Source of the DNA: an uncultured Dehalococcoidia bacterium
GTDB lineage: Bacteria; Chloroflexota; Dehalococcoidia; Lucifugimonadales; UBA3495
Direction of reading: 5' to 3'
Assembly: GCA_950072105.1 (NCBI GenBank)
Contig: CATMOE010000002.1
Span: forward strand, 1 to 64,000
Length of the DNA stretch: 64,000 nucleotides
Part shown: one piece after another, positions 18,248 to 27,663 of the stretch
Layout of the letters: every line of letters starts with the position of its first letter
Position numbering within the stretch: position 1 is the first letter of the stretch
The notes under the pieces: generated by a model
What the model was told of the DNA's origin: nothing
Database searches by the model: none
Seen by the model: only the letters and a program-made list of their open reading frames with translations
Made by a program: the position numbers and the translations under genes

Positions 18248-18955
18248 TTACCGCCCCTCCGATACCCGGGACTTGAGGAAAGATTCGGCCAGGATGAGAT
18301 CCTCCGGCGTAGTCACTTTCAGGTTGTCGTAGGAACCTAGGAACATCTTCACCGGGTGACCCAGACTTTCCACCATCATGGCGTCGTCGGTAACGTCTTG
18401 AGCGCACTGATCATGGGCGCCACGCAGAAGATCATAGCGGAAAATCTGAGGTGTTTGAGCCGCCCATATAGACCGGCGGTCCGGCGTATCCAGCACGATT
18501 CCCTGGCTGGATACCACCTTGATGGTGTCGGTTACCGGAACTCCGGCGACGGCCGCGCCCGCTTCTTGGGCGGCAGCAAGTCCCCGCTCCAGCATGGGCA
18601 CGTCCAGGCAAGGACGGGCGCCGTCATGAACGATAACCCAGTCGCAGGGCTTTAAAGAGTCTAAGCCGGAGCGTACCGAGTCCTGGCGTCGTTCTCCACC
18701 CGGGCAAACATGGGTCACCTTGCGGTAACCGGCGGCATCGATCAAGACCCGCCCCTGGCGCAGCGATCCGGAATCAATTACCAACACGATCTCGGTTACC
18801 AGTGGAAACGCCTCAAGCTGGTCCAGGGCGAAGCTGAGCAGGGGCCGGCCTAGGACAGGAGCGAAGATCTTATCCACACCGGCCATCCGGGCGCTTTTGC
18901 CGGCGGCCACCACCACCGCTCCCACACTGAAGCCGGGAGTAGAGGCTCCAACCAT
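18248..18955 (-). CDS. ispD: 2-C-methyl-D-erythritol 4-phosphate cytidylyltransferase
   Basis: AAGKSARM, GGERRQDSV, VHDGARP, AQTPQIF and NLKVTTPEDL motifs. Confidence 0.96.
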   Translation of the reverse strand: MVGASTPGFSVGAVVVAAGKSARMAGVDKIFAPVLGRPLLSFALDQLEAFPLVTEIVLVIDSGSLRQGRVLIDAAGYRKVTHVCPGGERRQDSVRSGLDSLKPCDWVIVHDGARPCLDVPMLERGLAAAQEAGAAVAGVPVTDTIKVVSSQGIVLDTPDRRSIWAAQTPQIFRYDLLRGAHDQCAQDVTDDAMMVESLGHPVKMFLGSYDNLKVTTPEDLILAESFLKSRVSEGR

Positions 18956-18961
18956 GACCGG

Positions 18962-20017
18962 CTAGCCCCTGGGTTGGGCGAAGATGATTCTGCCGGCGGC
19001 GGTCTGCAGCACCCTGGTTACCACCACTTCATGAAACGCGTTCAGGTAGCGGCGTCCGCCTTCCACGACAACCATGGTCCCGTCGTCCAGATATGCCACC
19101 CCTTGGCCCGCTTCCTTCCCTTCCTGGACGATGTTAACCCGGAGTTCCTCACCGGGCAGCACGATGGACTTGAGGGCGTTGGCCAACTCGTTGACGTTGA
19201 GCACCTGGACGCCCTGTAGCTCCGCTACCCGGTTCAGATTGTAGTCGGTGGTGAGTATCGGCGAGTTCATTCCCTTGGCCAGTTTTACCAATTGGGCATC
19301 CACCTCTTCCCCAACGCCAACCCCCACGTCCAAGACTTCCATGGGAACAGTGTCGTCCTTGCGCAGGCGGCCCAGCACCTCCAGCCCCCGGCGGCCACGG
19401 GCCCGGCGCAACGAGTCACTGGAGTCGGCGATGTGCCTCAGCTCGTCCAGCACAAACCTGGGCACCACTAAGCTGCCTTCCAGAAACCCGGTGATACTTA
19501 GGTCGGCGATGCGGCCGTCGATGATAGCGCTGGTATCGACCAGGATACTGCCATTCCGGTAGACTTTCCCGACGCCGTTGGGGCTTTCCAGTCTGGGGAA
19601 AATGGCCGACATGTCTCTACTGCGGTGGACACCCAGCCACATTCCAAATAGCCCTAGGAACAGGCTGACCATCACCGGTACACCCCAGCCCAACCATCCG
19701 TCTAACGAGTACAGTGGGATGGAGATGAGAGAGGCGATGACCAATCCCACCAACAGACCTATGATGCCGGCAACTAGGGTAGAACCGGGAATAGAACTGA
19801 TGTATTCGGCGCATTTGCGCCACGGTTTAATCGTCAAGTAAGGCGCAACCAGCGCTCCAACGGGTAGCCCCGCCAGGGTTAGCGCCAACCCCCACGGAAT
19901 AAATTGCTCTCTACCCGAGGAAAATTCCGATACAATCCCCCCAAGCCTCCAGCCAAGGACCGCAAATGCTCCGGCGCCCACCACTCTGAGCGTCCAAAGG
20001 GCAAACACAAGGTTCAC
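18962..20017 (-). CDS. Membrane PIN/TRAM domain protein (YacL-like)
   Basis: TM helices, DTSAIIDGRI, RGRRGLEVL and GVAYLDDGTMVVVE; conserved position upstream of ispD. Confidence 0.92.
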   Translation of the reverse strand: MNLVFALWTLRVVGAGAFAVLGWRLGGIVSEFSSGREQFIPWGLALTLAGLPVGALVAPYLTIKPWRKCAEYISSIPGSTLVAGIIGLLVGLVIASLISIPLYSLDGWLGWGVPVMVSLFLGLFGMWLGVHRSRDMSAIFPRLESPNGVGKVYRNGSILVDTSAIIDGRIADLSITGFLEGSLVVPRFVLDELRHIADSSDSLRRARGRRGLEVLGRLRKDDTVPMEVLDVGVGVGEEVDAQLVKLAKGMNSPILTTDYNLNRVAELQGVQVLNVNELANALKSIVLPGEELRVNIVQEGKEAGQGVAYLDDGTMVVVEGGRRYLNAFHEVVVTRVLQTAAGRIIFAQPRG

Positions 20018-20239
20018 CTCCTTTCCAGCTCGACGCTGCGGACTCTATTTTTCCTGGTAACGGCGGCTCTTTGTATCAGGTACACTGGGTCGATTGGAGC
20101 ATACCATAATCCCCATAAATCGGGAAGAATTTGTTGCCTATCCTCCACTGTTGTTAACCGTGGGGAATGGCCTGCGGCCCATCGATAACCATCGGCGTAT
20201 ACTTAGCGGTCGGTATAGGACCGATTCAGGAGGTATTTC

Positions 20240-21250
20240 ATGGCAACCGCCACCAAACCACGAGTCTACGTCATTGGGACCGGGGGCAGCATCTCTTTTG
20301 TAGGCTCTTCCCGCACCGACTACATCAACTACAGCTACGACGGAATACATTTAACGATACAGGAATTGCTGGACCGGGTCCCGGAGATCAACGATTTCGC
20401 CGACGTGCGATGCGAGCAGTACATGAACGTGGGGAGCACCGATGTGGGTCCGGATCATTGGGTGGGACTGGCCCAACGGATCAATCAGATCTTTCGGGAT
20501 GACCCGGAAGCAGCGGGCGTGGCCGTCACCCACGGAACCGCCACGCTGGAAGAGACGAGTTATTTCCTTAATCTGACGGTCAAAAGCCGCAAACCGGTGG
20601 TGGTCACCGGGGCGATGCGGCCGCCCACCGGCCTGGGCACCGATACCGACGTCAACCTGATCGACTGCATCCGGGTGGCGGCAGCGCCCCAATCGGCGGG
20701 GCATGGCGTGCTCACCGTTCTGAACAACGAGATTCAAGCGGCGAGGGATGTTACTAAAACGAACAGCTACCGGTTGGAGACTTTCCGGTCCAACGAGTTG
20801 GGGTGCTTGGGTTACGCCGATTCAGACGAGCAGGCGGTATTCTACCGCACCACTACCAAATCCCACACCCAAGACGCCGAGTTCGACATTGATTCGGTGC
20901 ACACCCTGCCCAGGGTGGACATCGCCTACGCCTACGCCGGCGCCGACGGTCTATTGGTCAGAGCCTTGGTCGAGGCCGGGGTGGCGGGCATCGTCGCCGG
21001 TGGCTTGGGCAGCGGCGGCTCGCCTTCCAAAATGATGGCGGCGCTGAAAACAGCCACGCAAAGCGGCATCCCCGTGGTGATAGCCACCCAAACCGGCAAT
21101 GGAAGAGTGGTGCGCACCAGGCGGTACGACGAAGACGGTTATATCGTCGCCGACAACCTGTCGCCGAAGAAGACGCGGATATTGCTGATGCTGGCCCTAA
21201 CCAAGACCAAGGACCCGGAAGAGATCCAGCGGATGATGTTGACGTATTAG
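20240..21250 (+). CDS. L-asparaginase family protein
   Basis: IGTGGSIS, VTHGTATLEET, VVTGAMRP and DVTKTNS motifs (catalytic Thr/Asp positions partly substituted). Confidence 0.85.
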   Translation: MATATKPRVYVIGTGGSISFVGSSRTDYINYSYDGIHLTIQELLDRVPEINDFADVRCEQYMNVGSTDVGPDHWVGLAQRINQIFRDDPEAAGVAVTHGTATLEETSYFLNLTVKSRKPVVVTGAMRPPTGLGTDTDVNLIDCIRVAAAPQSAGHGVLTVLNNEIQAARDVTKTNSYRLETFRSNELGCLGYADSDEQAVFYRTTTKSHTQDAEFDIDSVHTLPRVDIAYAYAGADGLLVRALVEAGVAGIVAGGLGSGGSPSKMMAALKTATQSGIPVVIATQTGNGRVVRTRRYDEDGYIVADNLSPKKTRILLMLALTKTKDPEEIQRMMLTY

Positions 21251-21252
21251 CG

Positions 21253-21322
21253 AGCTATCAGCTTCCAGCGATCAGCTATCAGGAGCCCGTTTCTGACGGC
21301 TGATAGCTGATCGCTGACGGCT
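21253..21322. repeat. Inverted array of 7-bp tandem repeats (AGCTATC-like x4 / CTGATAG-like x4)
   Basis: AGCTATC AGCTTCC AGCGATC AGCTATC AG...CTGACGG CTGATAG CTGATCG CTGACGG CT between convergent genes. Confidence 0.8.
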
Positions 21323-21325
21323 CCT

Positions 21326-22540
21326 CTAGCCAGGTACTTCGTCGTAGTGGTGTTCTTCGCTGATGACCCTGTCGTCGACGAATTTAGCGATCTCTTCTTC
21401 GGAGTAGCCCAGGATGCCGGACAGGACCTCGTTGTTGTGCTCGCCTACTTTGGGAGTGGTCCCCACGACGACTGGTGTGCGGCTGAAGTGCCAGTAATCT
21501 CCGGACACGGCGATGGTGCCGGCCAGGAAGTCGTCCACCTCCACCATGGTGCGCCTTTCCCAGGGGTGCGGGTCCTCCGCCGCGTGGGGGATGTCGTTCA
21601 CCGGCGCGGCGACGATGTCGTATCTACGGAAGTGGTCGATGGCCTCTTCCATGGTCATATCGGCCAGCAACGCGTTGATGGCGTCGTTCACTGCGTCCCG
21701 GTTCGTGGCCCTTGCGTCGCGAGTGGTGAACCGGGGGTCCTCCAGCCAATCGGGCTTGCTCAAAGCGTTACACACCCGGTGCCAGTGGTGCTGGTCGCCG
21801 GCGGACAGGAGGACGTGGCCTCCTTTGCAGGGGTAGGTCCCGCCAGGGGGAGCTCCGGTACGGCCGCGCTTGGGAGCATTTTTGGTGCCGTGATAAGCGG
21901 TTATGGGGATCTCGGTCATGCCGTAGCCGGTGTCGGCTAGACAGACATCGATCGATTGCCCCTCTCCCGACAACTCCCTTTCGTGCAAGGCGGTGAGGGT
22001 TCCTATGGCCGCATGAAGGGCCGTCATCCGGTCGATGATCGGCACTCCGGTCAGGATGGGCGGGTCGCCCTCCTCTCCGGTAACCATGGTGATCCCTGAC
22101 ATGGTTTGTCCTATGGGATCGTAGCCGATGTTTTCCCGATATGGTCCGAACTGGCCGAAGGCAGAGACGTTAACCATGATCATCCGGGGGTTCAACTCTT
22201 TTAGAACGTCGTAACCAAAGCCCATATTTTCAATGGTTCCGGGCCGGAAATTCTGAACCAATACGTCGGACACTTTAACCAGTCCCTTCAGAATCTCCTT
22301 GGCTTCGTCCTTGCGCATGTCGATGCTGAGGCTCTTCTTGCCGGTGTTGTACTGTACCCAATAAGCGCTTTGCTTGCGGACCCATGGTCCGTGGTAGCGG
22401 GTTTCTTCGCCGCCCAGGCGCTCTACTTTAATCACCTCGGCGCCCATGCGGGCCAACACTTGGGCACACCTTGGACCGGCTTGGTGCCGTCCCAGGTCAA
22501 GCACTCTAATATCACGCAATGGATGTTGCACTTCGGCCAT
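21326..22540 (-). CDS. CaiB/BaiF family III CoA-transferase
   Basis: RVLDL...AGP...GAEVIKVE, NFRPG and GYDPIGQ motifs. Confidence 0.93.
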   Translation of the reverse strand: MAEVQHPLRDIRVLDLGRHQAGPRCAQVLARMGAEVIKVERLGGEETRYHGPWVRKQSAYWVQYNTGKKSLSIDMRKDEAKEILKGLVKVSDVLVQNFRPGTIENMGFGYDVLKELNPRMIMVNVSAFGQFGPYRENIGYDPIGQTMSGITMVTGEEGDPPILTGVPIIDRMTALHAAIGTLTALHERELSGEGQSIDVCLADTGYGMTEIPITAYHGTKNAPKRGRTGAPPGGTYPCKGGHVLLSAGDQHHWHRVCNALSKPDWLEDPRFTTRDARATNRDAVNDAINALLADMTMEEAIDHFRRYDIVAAPVNDIPHAAEDPHPWERRTMVEVDDFLAGTIAVSGDYWHFSRTPVVVGTTPKVGEHNNEVLSGILGYSEEEIAKFVDDRVISEEHHYDEVPG

Positions 22541-22836
22541 AGCTATGGATCCCCCTTCGGCAGTATTGCGCCATTTTACGTCCGGTTGGACTAAAGGGCA
22601 AGTTGGATGTCCGCCGAGTTGTCTAAGCGGCCTAGACGGTTTCCATTTTTAGGCGTTGCACCGACATCTTATTGACCCGGATATTCGGCTCTCCTCAATC
22701 ACGCGGCCTAACGCTACGGGTGACGCCAGGTCCGCTCCCATTCTTTCACCTCCACACTCTTTGTAGCAGTCCGAAAGACTGTGGAGTAAAATCCCCCTAC
22801 GACTACCTGATCCCAGGCTGTATGAGGGGAAAAGCC

Positions 22837-23805
22837 ATGGCTTTGGAACCGGATCAACTGTTGGACATGTACCGGACGATGGTGACCATCCGCACCTTTG
22901 ACCGGCGGGCCGCCGATGAGCTTCACGCCGGAAACATCCCGGGGGCGGTCCACTCCTACATCGGGCAGGAAGCGGTGGCGGTGGGGGTTTGTTCGGCCCT
23001 GCGCCGGGAAGATCGCATCACCAGCACCCACCGGGGCCACGGCCACACCATCGCCAAAGGCGCGGACATCAAGTTCATGATGGCCGAATTGTTCGGACGC
23101 AGCAACGGTTACTGCCATGGCAAGGGCGGCTCCATGCACATCGCCGACTTTAGCGTGGGAATGCTGGGCGCCAACGGCATCGTGGGAGCCGGACTTCCCC
23201 TGGCCACGGGCGCGGCCCTGGCGGCCAAGTTGGAAGGCGGCGGCGGAGTGGCCGTATCCTTCTTCGGCGACGGCGCATCCAACGAAGGGTCCTTCCACGG
23301 CTCGCTGAACCTGGCATCCATCTGGAAACTACCGGTGCTTTACGTATGTGAGAACAACCGGTGGGCCTCGGGGAATTCCGCAGCGGCCACCCAGTCGGTG
23401 GAGGATATTTCGGTGCGGTCGGTTAGCTACAACATGCCCGGCGTCACCGTGGACGGTGCCGACGTCTTGGCAGTGTACGAAGCTGCTGAACAGGCGGTGC
23501 GGCGGGCGAGGAACGGCGAGGGGCCCACGTTGGTCGAGTGCAAAACCTACCGTTGGCGTCTGCACGCCGAGCAGCGCAACGACCCGCCGGACCCACGGCC
23601 GCAAGAAGAGATCGACCTGGGCCATCAGCATGACCCCATCGCGGCGTTTGCCGGCCACCTGACGCAGCAAGGCGTGGCCACGGAGGAATCATTGAAACAG
23701 ATCGACGGCGAGGTCGCGGCGGCGGTTGATGCAGCTATCGACTTCGCCAAAGCGAGTCCGTTCCCGAAGCCCGAGGATGCGTTAACCGACGTCTTCGCCC
23801 CGTAG
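22837..23805 (+). CDS. TPP-dependent dehydrogenase E1 alpha subunit (acetoin/pyruvate type)
   Basis: HSYIGQEA, STHRGHGH, GKGGSMH and FFGDGASNEG...ENN motifs. Confidence 0.92.
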   Translation: MALEPDQLLDMYRTMVTIRTFDRRAADELHAGNIPGAVHSYIGQEAVAVGVCSALRREDRITSTHRGHGHTIAKGADIKFMMAELFGRSNGYCHGKGGSMHIADFSVGMLGANGIVGAGLPLATGAALAAKLEGGGGVAVSFFGDGASNEGSFHGSLNLASIWKLPVLYVCENNRWASGNSAAATQSVEDISVRSVSYNMPGVTVDGADVLAVYEAAEQAVRRARNGEGPTLVECKTYRWRLHAEQRNDPPDPRPQEEIDLGHQHDPIAAFAGHLTQQGVATEESLKQIDGEVAAAVDAAIDFAKASPFPKPEDALTDVFAP

Positions 23806-23838
23806 AACGGGTCCAACTCCTGATAGGAGTCAGAACGA

Positions 23839-24804
23839 ATGAAAGAAGTAACCTACGTCGAAGCCTTGATGGAAGCTTTCACCGAGGAGATGCGCCGGGA
23901 CGACAAAGTCTTCCATCTATGTGGCAATCATGGACCCTTGGCCGCGCTGATCCCCGAGTTCGGAGAGGAACGGGTGCGGGCCTGCCCCATCTCGGAAGAA
24001 GCCTACGTGGGCGCGGGCATCGGCGCGGCGGGCAGCGGTTTCCGCCCCATAATCAGCCCCGGCATGATGACCTTCGCCTTCACCGCCATGGACCAGATAG
24101 TGAACCAGATGGCCAAGATTCACTACATGTTCGGCGGGCAAGCGCCATTCCCCCTGGTGTTCCGGGCCTCCACCGGCGGCGGCCGCTCCGCCGCGGCACA
24201 GCACTCCCAGAGTCCCCACCCTATGTTCATGAACCTGGCTGGGCTGAAACTGATCATGCCCTCGACTCCTTACGATGCCAAGGGGTTGATGAAGAGCGCC
24301 ATCCGGGACAACAACCCGGTAGTCTTCTTCGAGGACCAGATACTGGCCGCCTCGCCCACCAAGCAAGAGATCCCCGATGAAGAGTACACCGTGCCCATCG
24401 GCGTCGCCGACGTGAAACGCCAGGGCCGCGATGTCACCGTGATCGCCATATCCAAGATGGTGTCTCACGCGCTGGCGGCCGCCGAGGAGCTGGCCGGTCA
24501 GGGTATCGACGTGGAAGTGGTGGACCCCAGGACTCTGGTGCCGATGGACGTCCCGGCACTGCGTGCCTCGGTTCAAAAGACGGGCCGGGTGGTGATCGTG
24601 GACGAAGCGTGCCTAACTTGTAGTGCCGCCGCTGAGATCAGCGCGCTCATCACCGAAGACCCAGCCACGTTCCGCGCCTTGAAAGCGCCGCCCAAGCGGG
24701 TCTGCTCCCCCAACGTGCCCATCCCCTACAGCCCCATCATGGAGCAGTTCTGCCTGCCCGACAAGGACAACGTCATTCAGGGGATCCGGGAAGTGCTGGG
24801 TTAA
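23839..24804 (+). CDS. TPP-dependent dehydrogenase E1 beta subunit
   Basis: PISEE, AMDQIVNQMAK, AAQHSQS and EVVDPRTLVP motifs. Confidence 0.92.
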   Translation: MKEVTYVEALMEAFTEEMRRDDKVFHLCGNHGPLAALIPEFGEERVRACPISEEAYVGAGIGAAGSGFRPIISPGMMTFAFTAMDQIVNQMAKIHYMFGGQAPFPLVFRASTGGGRSAAAQHSQSPHPMFMNLAGLKLIMPSTPYDAKGLMKSAIRDNNPVVFFEDQILAASPTKQEIPDEEYTVPIGVADVKRQGRDVTVIAISKMVSHALAAAEELAGQGIDVEVVDPRTLVPMDVPALRASVQKTGRVVIVDEACLTCSAAAEISALITEDPATFRALKAPPKRVCSPNVPIPYSPIMEQFCLPDKDNVIQGIREVLG

Positions 24805-24840
24805 GGCGGCGTCAGGAGACTGGGGCCACCGCCTTCTCGA

Positions 24841-24930
24841 GATTCCTCTCCGCCCTTCCGCCGAAGGGCTGGTGTCGGAATGACGAAGTGTATGGCCGAA
24901 GGTTGGCGATTCGTTTTTCGGAGAAATAAC
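24841..24930. repeat. Dispersed intergenic repeat (about 90 bp), copy B
   Basis: Aligns with 14549-14637. Confidence 0.75.
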
Positions 24931-25028
24931 ATGAGGGGCCATCTTATATAGGGGACATTCCCCGGGGTTAATAGTAGAATATACGGTGAATCGGCAAGAA
25001 CGAGCCCGGTTGAGTCAAGGAGCGGCTA

Positions 25029-25211
25029 ATGGGGATGTTCGGCAAGAGCAGTTGGGTAATCGTTGGGCTCATTTTAATCGTCACCGGACTTATAATAAAG
25101 TCCGACTTTATCTCGGGTTTCCTGGAGCTGATGGGCTGGCTACTGGTGATCGCTGGCGCTGTCGCCTTAATTGCGGGCCTGATCGGCATGATTACCGGCA
25201 AAAACCGATAG
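25029..25211 (+). CDS. Small two-TM membrane protein upstream of pspA
   Basis: 60 aa hydrophobic ORF with AAGGAG RBS. Confidence 0.7.
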   Translation: MGMFGKSSWVIVGLILIVTGLIIKSDFISGFLELMGWLLVIAGAVALIAGLIGMITGKNR

Positions 25212-25277
25212 AGGCCGGGCCAAGAGACTTACTAGCATCCGTCAGGCCAGAGGTCTGTATCAGAGAGGAGATCGGAA

Positions 25278-26003
25278 ATGGGAATGCTTTCGCGTATGTC
25301 CACCATCGTCAAGTCGAAGATGAACCGCATCTTGGACTCGGCGGAAAACCCTAACGAAACCCTAGACTTTGCCTATGAGAAACAACTGGAGATGCTGCGC
25401 GGCGTCAAGCGCGGTGTAGTTGAAATGGTGGCAGCCAAGCGCCGCATCCAGCAGCAGGCAACCTCACTCCAAGCAAACGTCACCCGGTTGAGTGAGCAGG
25501 CCGGCCAGGCCATGGAAGCGGGAAGGGAAGATCTGGCGAGGTTGGCCCTCCAACGCAAACAGGTTGCGGTGATCGAACTCCAGGGTCTTGACGAGCAGAT
25601 CGCCGGAATGGAGATGGAACAGGAAAAACTGACGGCCGCCGAGCAGCGGCTGCAGGCCAAGGTCACGGCGTTTCGCACCAAGAAAGAGATTATTAAAGCC
25701 CAGTATACCGCCGCGCAAGCTCAAGTTCGCATCGGCTCGGCTCTGTCCGGTCTCTCCGAGGAGATGGGCGACATCAGTCTGGCCGTGGAGCGGGCCGAAA
25801 CCAAAACGGCGAATCTGCGCTCCCGTGCCGGGGCCATCGACGAGCTGTCCCAGCTTGGGGTACTGAACGATTTCTCCGGGTCACAAGACCCGCTCAGCAA
25901 AGAACTGGAAGCTATCACCTCAGCCCAGAGCGTGGAAGATGAGCTTGCCGCCCTTAAGTCCGCACTGCCATCGGCAGAGCGGAAACAACTACCGGGGGCC
26001 TGA
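25278..26003 (+). CDS. pspA: PspA/IM30 family protein
   Basis: MGMLSRMSTIVKSKMN..LDSAENP N-terminus, GREDLARLALQRK, coiled coil ending VEDELAALK. Confidence 0.92.
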   Translation: MGMLSRMSTIVKSKMNRILDSAENPNETLDFAYEKQLEMLRGVKRGVVEMVAAKRRIQQQATSLQANVTRLSEQAGQAMEAGREDLARLALQRKQVAVIELQGLDEQIAGMEMEQEKLTAAEQRLQAKVTAFRTKKEIIKAQYTAAQAQVRIGSALSGLSEEMGDISLAVERAETKTANLRSRAGAIDELSQLGVLNDFSGSQDPLSKELEAITSAQSVEDELAALKSALPSAERKQLPGA

Positions 26004-26006
26004 ACC

Positions 26007-26285
26007 ATGATCATACGTATAACTACCGAAGGCCAATTCAATCTGCCCGGCTCCTTTGTAGACGAGTTAAACGAGATCGATAATGAACTGGTGGAGGCGG
26101 TGGAAGCCGCCGACCGGAGCAGTTACGATCGTCTGCTCAAGAAAATGTTGGACCTGGTGCGGGAAAAGGGCTCCCCGCTGCCCATCGATGAGATTGTCGA
26201 ATCAGACCTGATTCTTCCAGAATCTGACCTAACGTTGGAGGAAGCCCAAGTCCTATTCGTTGGCGAGGGACTGCTGCCGGGTTAG
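26007..26285 (+). CDS. PspA-associated protein (PspAA-like)
   Basis: MIIRITTEGQF...SDLILP..DLTLEE...GEGLLPG directly after pspA. Confidence 0.85.
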   Translation: MIIRITTEGQFNLPGSFVDELNEIDNELVEAVEAADRSSYDRLLKKMLDLVREKGSPLPIDEIVESDLILPESDLTLEEAQVLFVGEGLLPG

Positions 26286-26349
26286 CCACCCGTCTATCAA
26301 GTTTAATTCCCTCAAGCGTCGTGAAACAGGCTGATTGGAGGCGTGGATA

Positions 26350-26652
26350 ATGCCCAAACCCCATGACATGGGCGGCGAGCCCAACGACGAACCTATCGAT
26401 CAGTCCGACCACCAGAAAATGGACTGGGAGATGCGGGCGGACGCCCTGCATCAAGTTCTGGGACAAAAGGGTATCCGGAGAACCGATGAGATGCGCCGGT
26501 CCATGGAAAGCCTGGACCCGGACCTGTATAGGTCTCTCAGCTACTACGAACGATGGACCGCCGCCCTGGAACTATTGATGGTTGAGAAAGGCTACCTCAC
26601 CTCCGATGAGATCGATCGCAAGGTCACCCAACTAGACCAAGGCGCGAATTAG
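26350..26652 (+). CDS. Nitrile hydratase beta N-terminal-type subunit (thiocyanate hydrolase beta/ScnB-like)
   Basis: HDMGG, WE.R, DEMRRSMESL, YRSLSYYERW and EKG motifs. Confidence 0.85.
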   Translation: MPKPHDMGGEPNDEPIDQSDHQKMDWEMRADALHQVLGQKGIRRTDEMRRSMESLDPDLYRSLSYYERWTAALELLMVEKGYLTSDEIDRKVTQLDQGAN

Positions 26653-26658
26653 CATCCG

Positions 26659-26955
26659 ATGGCTCAATCAAACAAATATCAAACCGGCGATCAGGTTAAG
26701 GTGAGGGTGGACTCGCCAAGTCACCACTATCGGACACCCACGTACATCCAGGGCAAAACCGGAGTGGTGGTAGCTATCTGCGGCCGCTACCGCAATCCCG
26801 AATCCCTTGGTCATGGCGGCGACGGAATGCCGGAGCAGCTCCTTTACCGGGTCTCGTTTGCCCAGAACTCAGTTTGGGACCGCTACCGAGGCCCCAGCGG
26901 CGATAAAATCTTGGTGGATATATACGAACATTGGCTAGACCCAGTTGGCGTTTAG
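26659..26955 (+). CDS. Nitrile hydratase beta C-terminal SH3-like subunit (ScnA-like)
   Basis: GDQVKV, HYRTPTYIQGKTG, LYRVSF and VDIYEHWL motifs. Confidence 0.85.
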   Translation: MAQSNKYQTGDQVKVRVDSPSHHYRTPTYIQGKTGVVVAICGRYRNPESLGHGGDGMPEQLLYRVSFAQNSVWDRYRGPSGDKILVDIYEHWLDPVGV

Positions 26956-26961
26956 GAGTTA

Positions 26962-27606
26962 ATGATGAGCGAAGGCCACGACGGAGAACATGTTCATCCC
27001 GAGTCGGGTGAGGAGCTAAGCGTCTACGCCCGCCGTGCTCAGGCGATCGAAGCTCTGATGGTGGAAAAAGGCGTGTGCTCGACCAGCGAAGTAGACCAGA
27101 TGATGAACATGGTGGAATCCAGATCGCCATCCGACGGAGCCAAGGTGGTCGCCCACGCCTGGTCCGATCCAGAGTTCAAAGCGCGGTTGTTGGCCGATCC
27201 CCGGTCGGCCCTGACAGAGATAGGCTACTCCCTGCCCGATACTACACCCCATCTGGCCGTCGTGGAGAATACCGAGCAGGTCCACCATATGGTTGTATGC
27301 ACCCTGTGCTCTTGTTATCCCCGGGCACTTCTGGGCCGGCCGCCCGATTGGTACAAGAGCTTTGCCTACCGTTCCCGGGCGGTGGTGGACCCCAGGGGCG
27401 TGATGCGCGAGTTCGGCCTGGAATTAGCCGATAGTGTGGAAGTACAGGTCCTAGACAGCACGGCGGACCTGCGCTATCTGGTCCTTCCCCGCCGGCCCGC
27501 CGGCACGGAGAACCTGTCTGAGGCCGAGTTGGCCAAGCTAGTCAGCCGAGATTGCATGATCGGAGTTACCGATCCGCATGTTCCCGAAGGCGTAGCTGCC
27601 AGTTAG
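26962..27606 (+). CDS. Nitrile hydratase alpha / thiocyanate hydrolase gamma subunit, cobalt type
   Basis: Metal-binding VCTLCSCY; GAKVVAHAWSDP and WYKSFAYRSRAV motifs. Confidence 0.92.
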   Translation: MMSEGHDGEHVHPESGEELSVYARRAQAIEALMVEKGVCSTSEVDQMMNMVESRSPSDGAKVVAHAWSDPEFKARLLADPRSALTEIGYSLPDTTPHLAVVENTEQVHHMVVCTLCSCYPRALLGRPPDWYKSFAYRSRAVVDPRGVMREFGLELADSVEVQVLDSTADLRYLVLPRRPAGTENLSEAELAKLVSRDCMIGVTDPHVPEGVAAS

Positions 27607-27663
27607 ATTCGGGCGCCGCCGCCGCACGCTCCCCGAGGAAATGTTTCCACCTAAGCGGTAACC

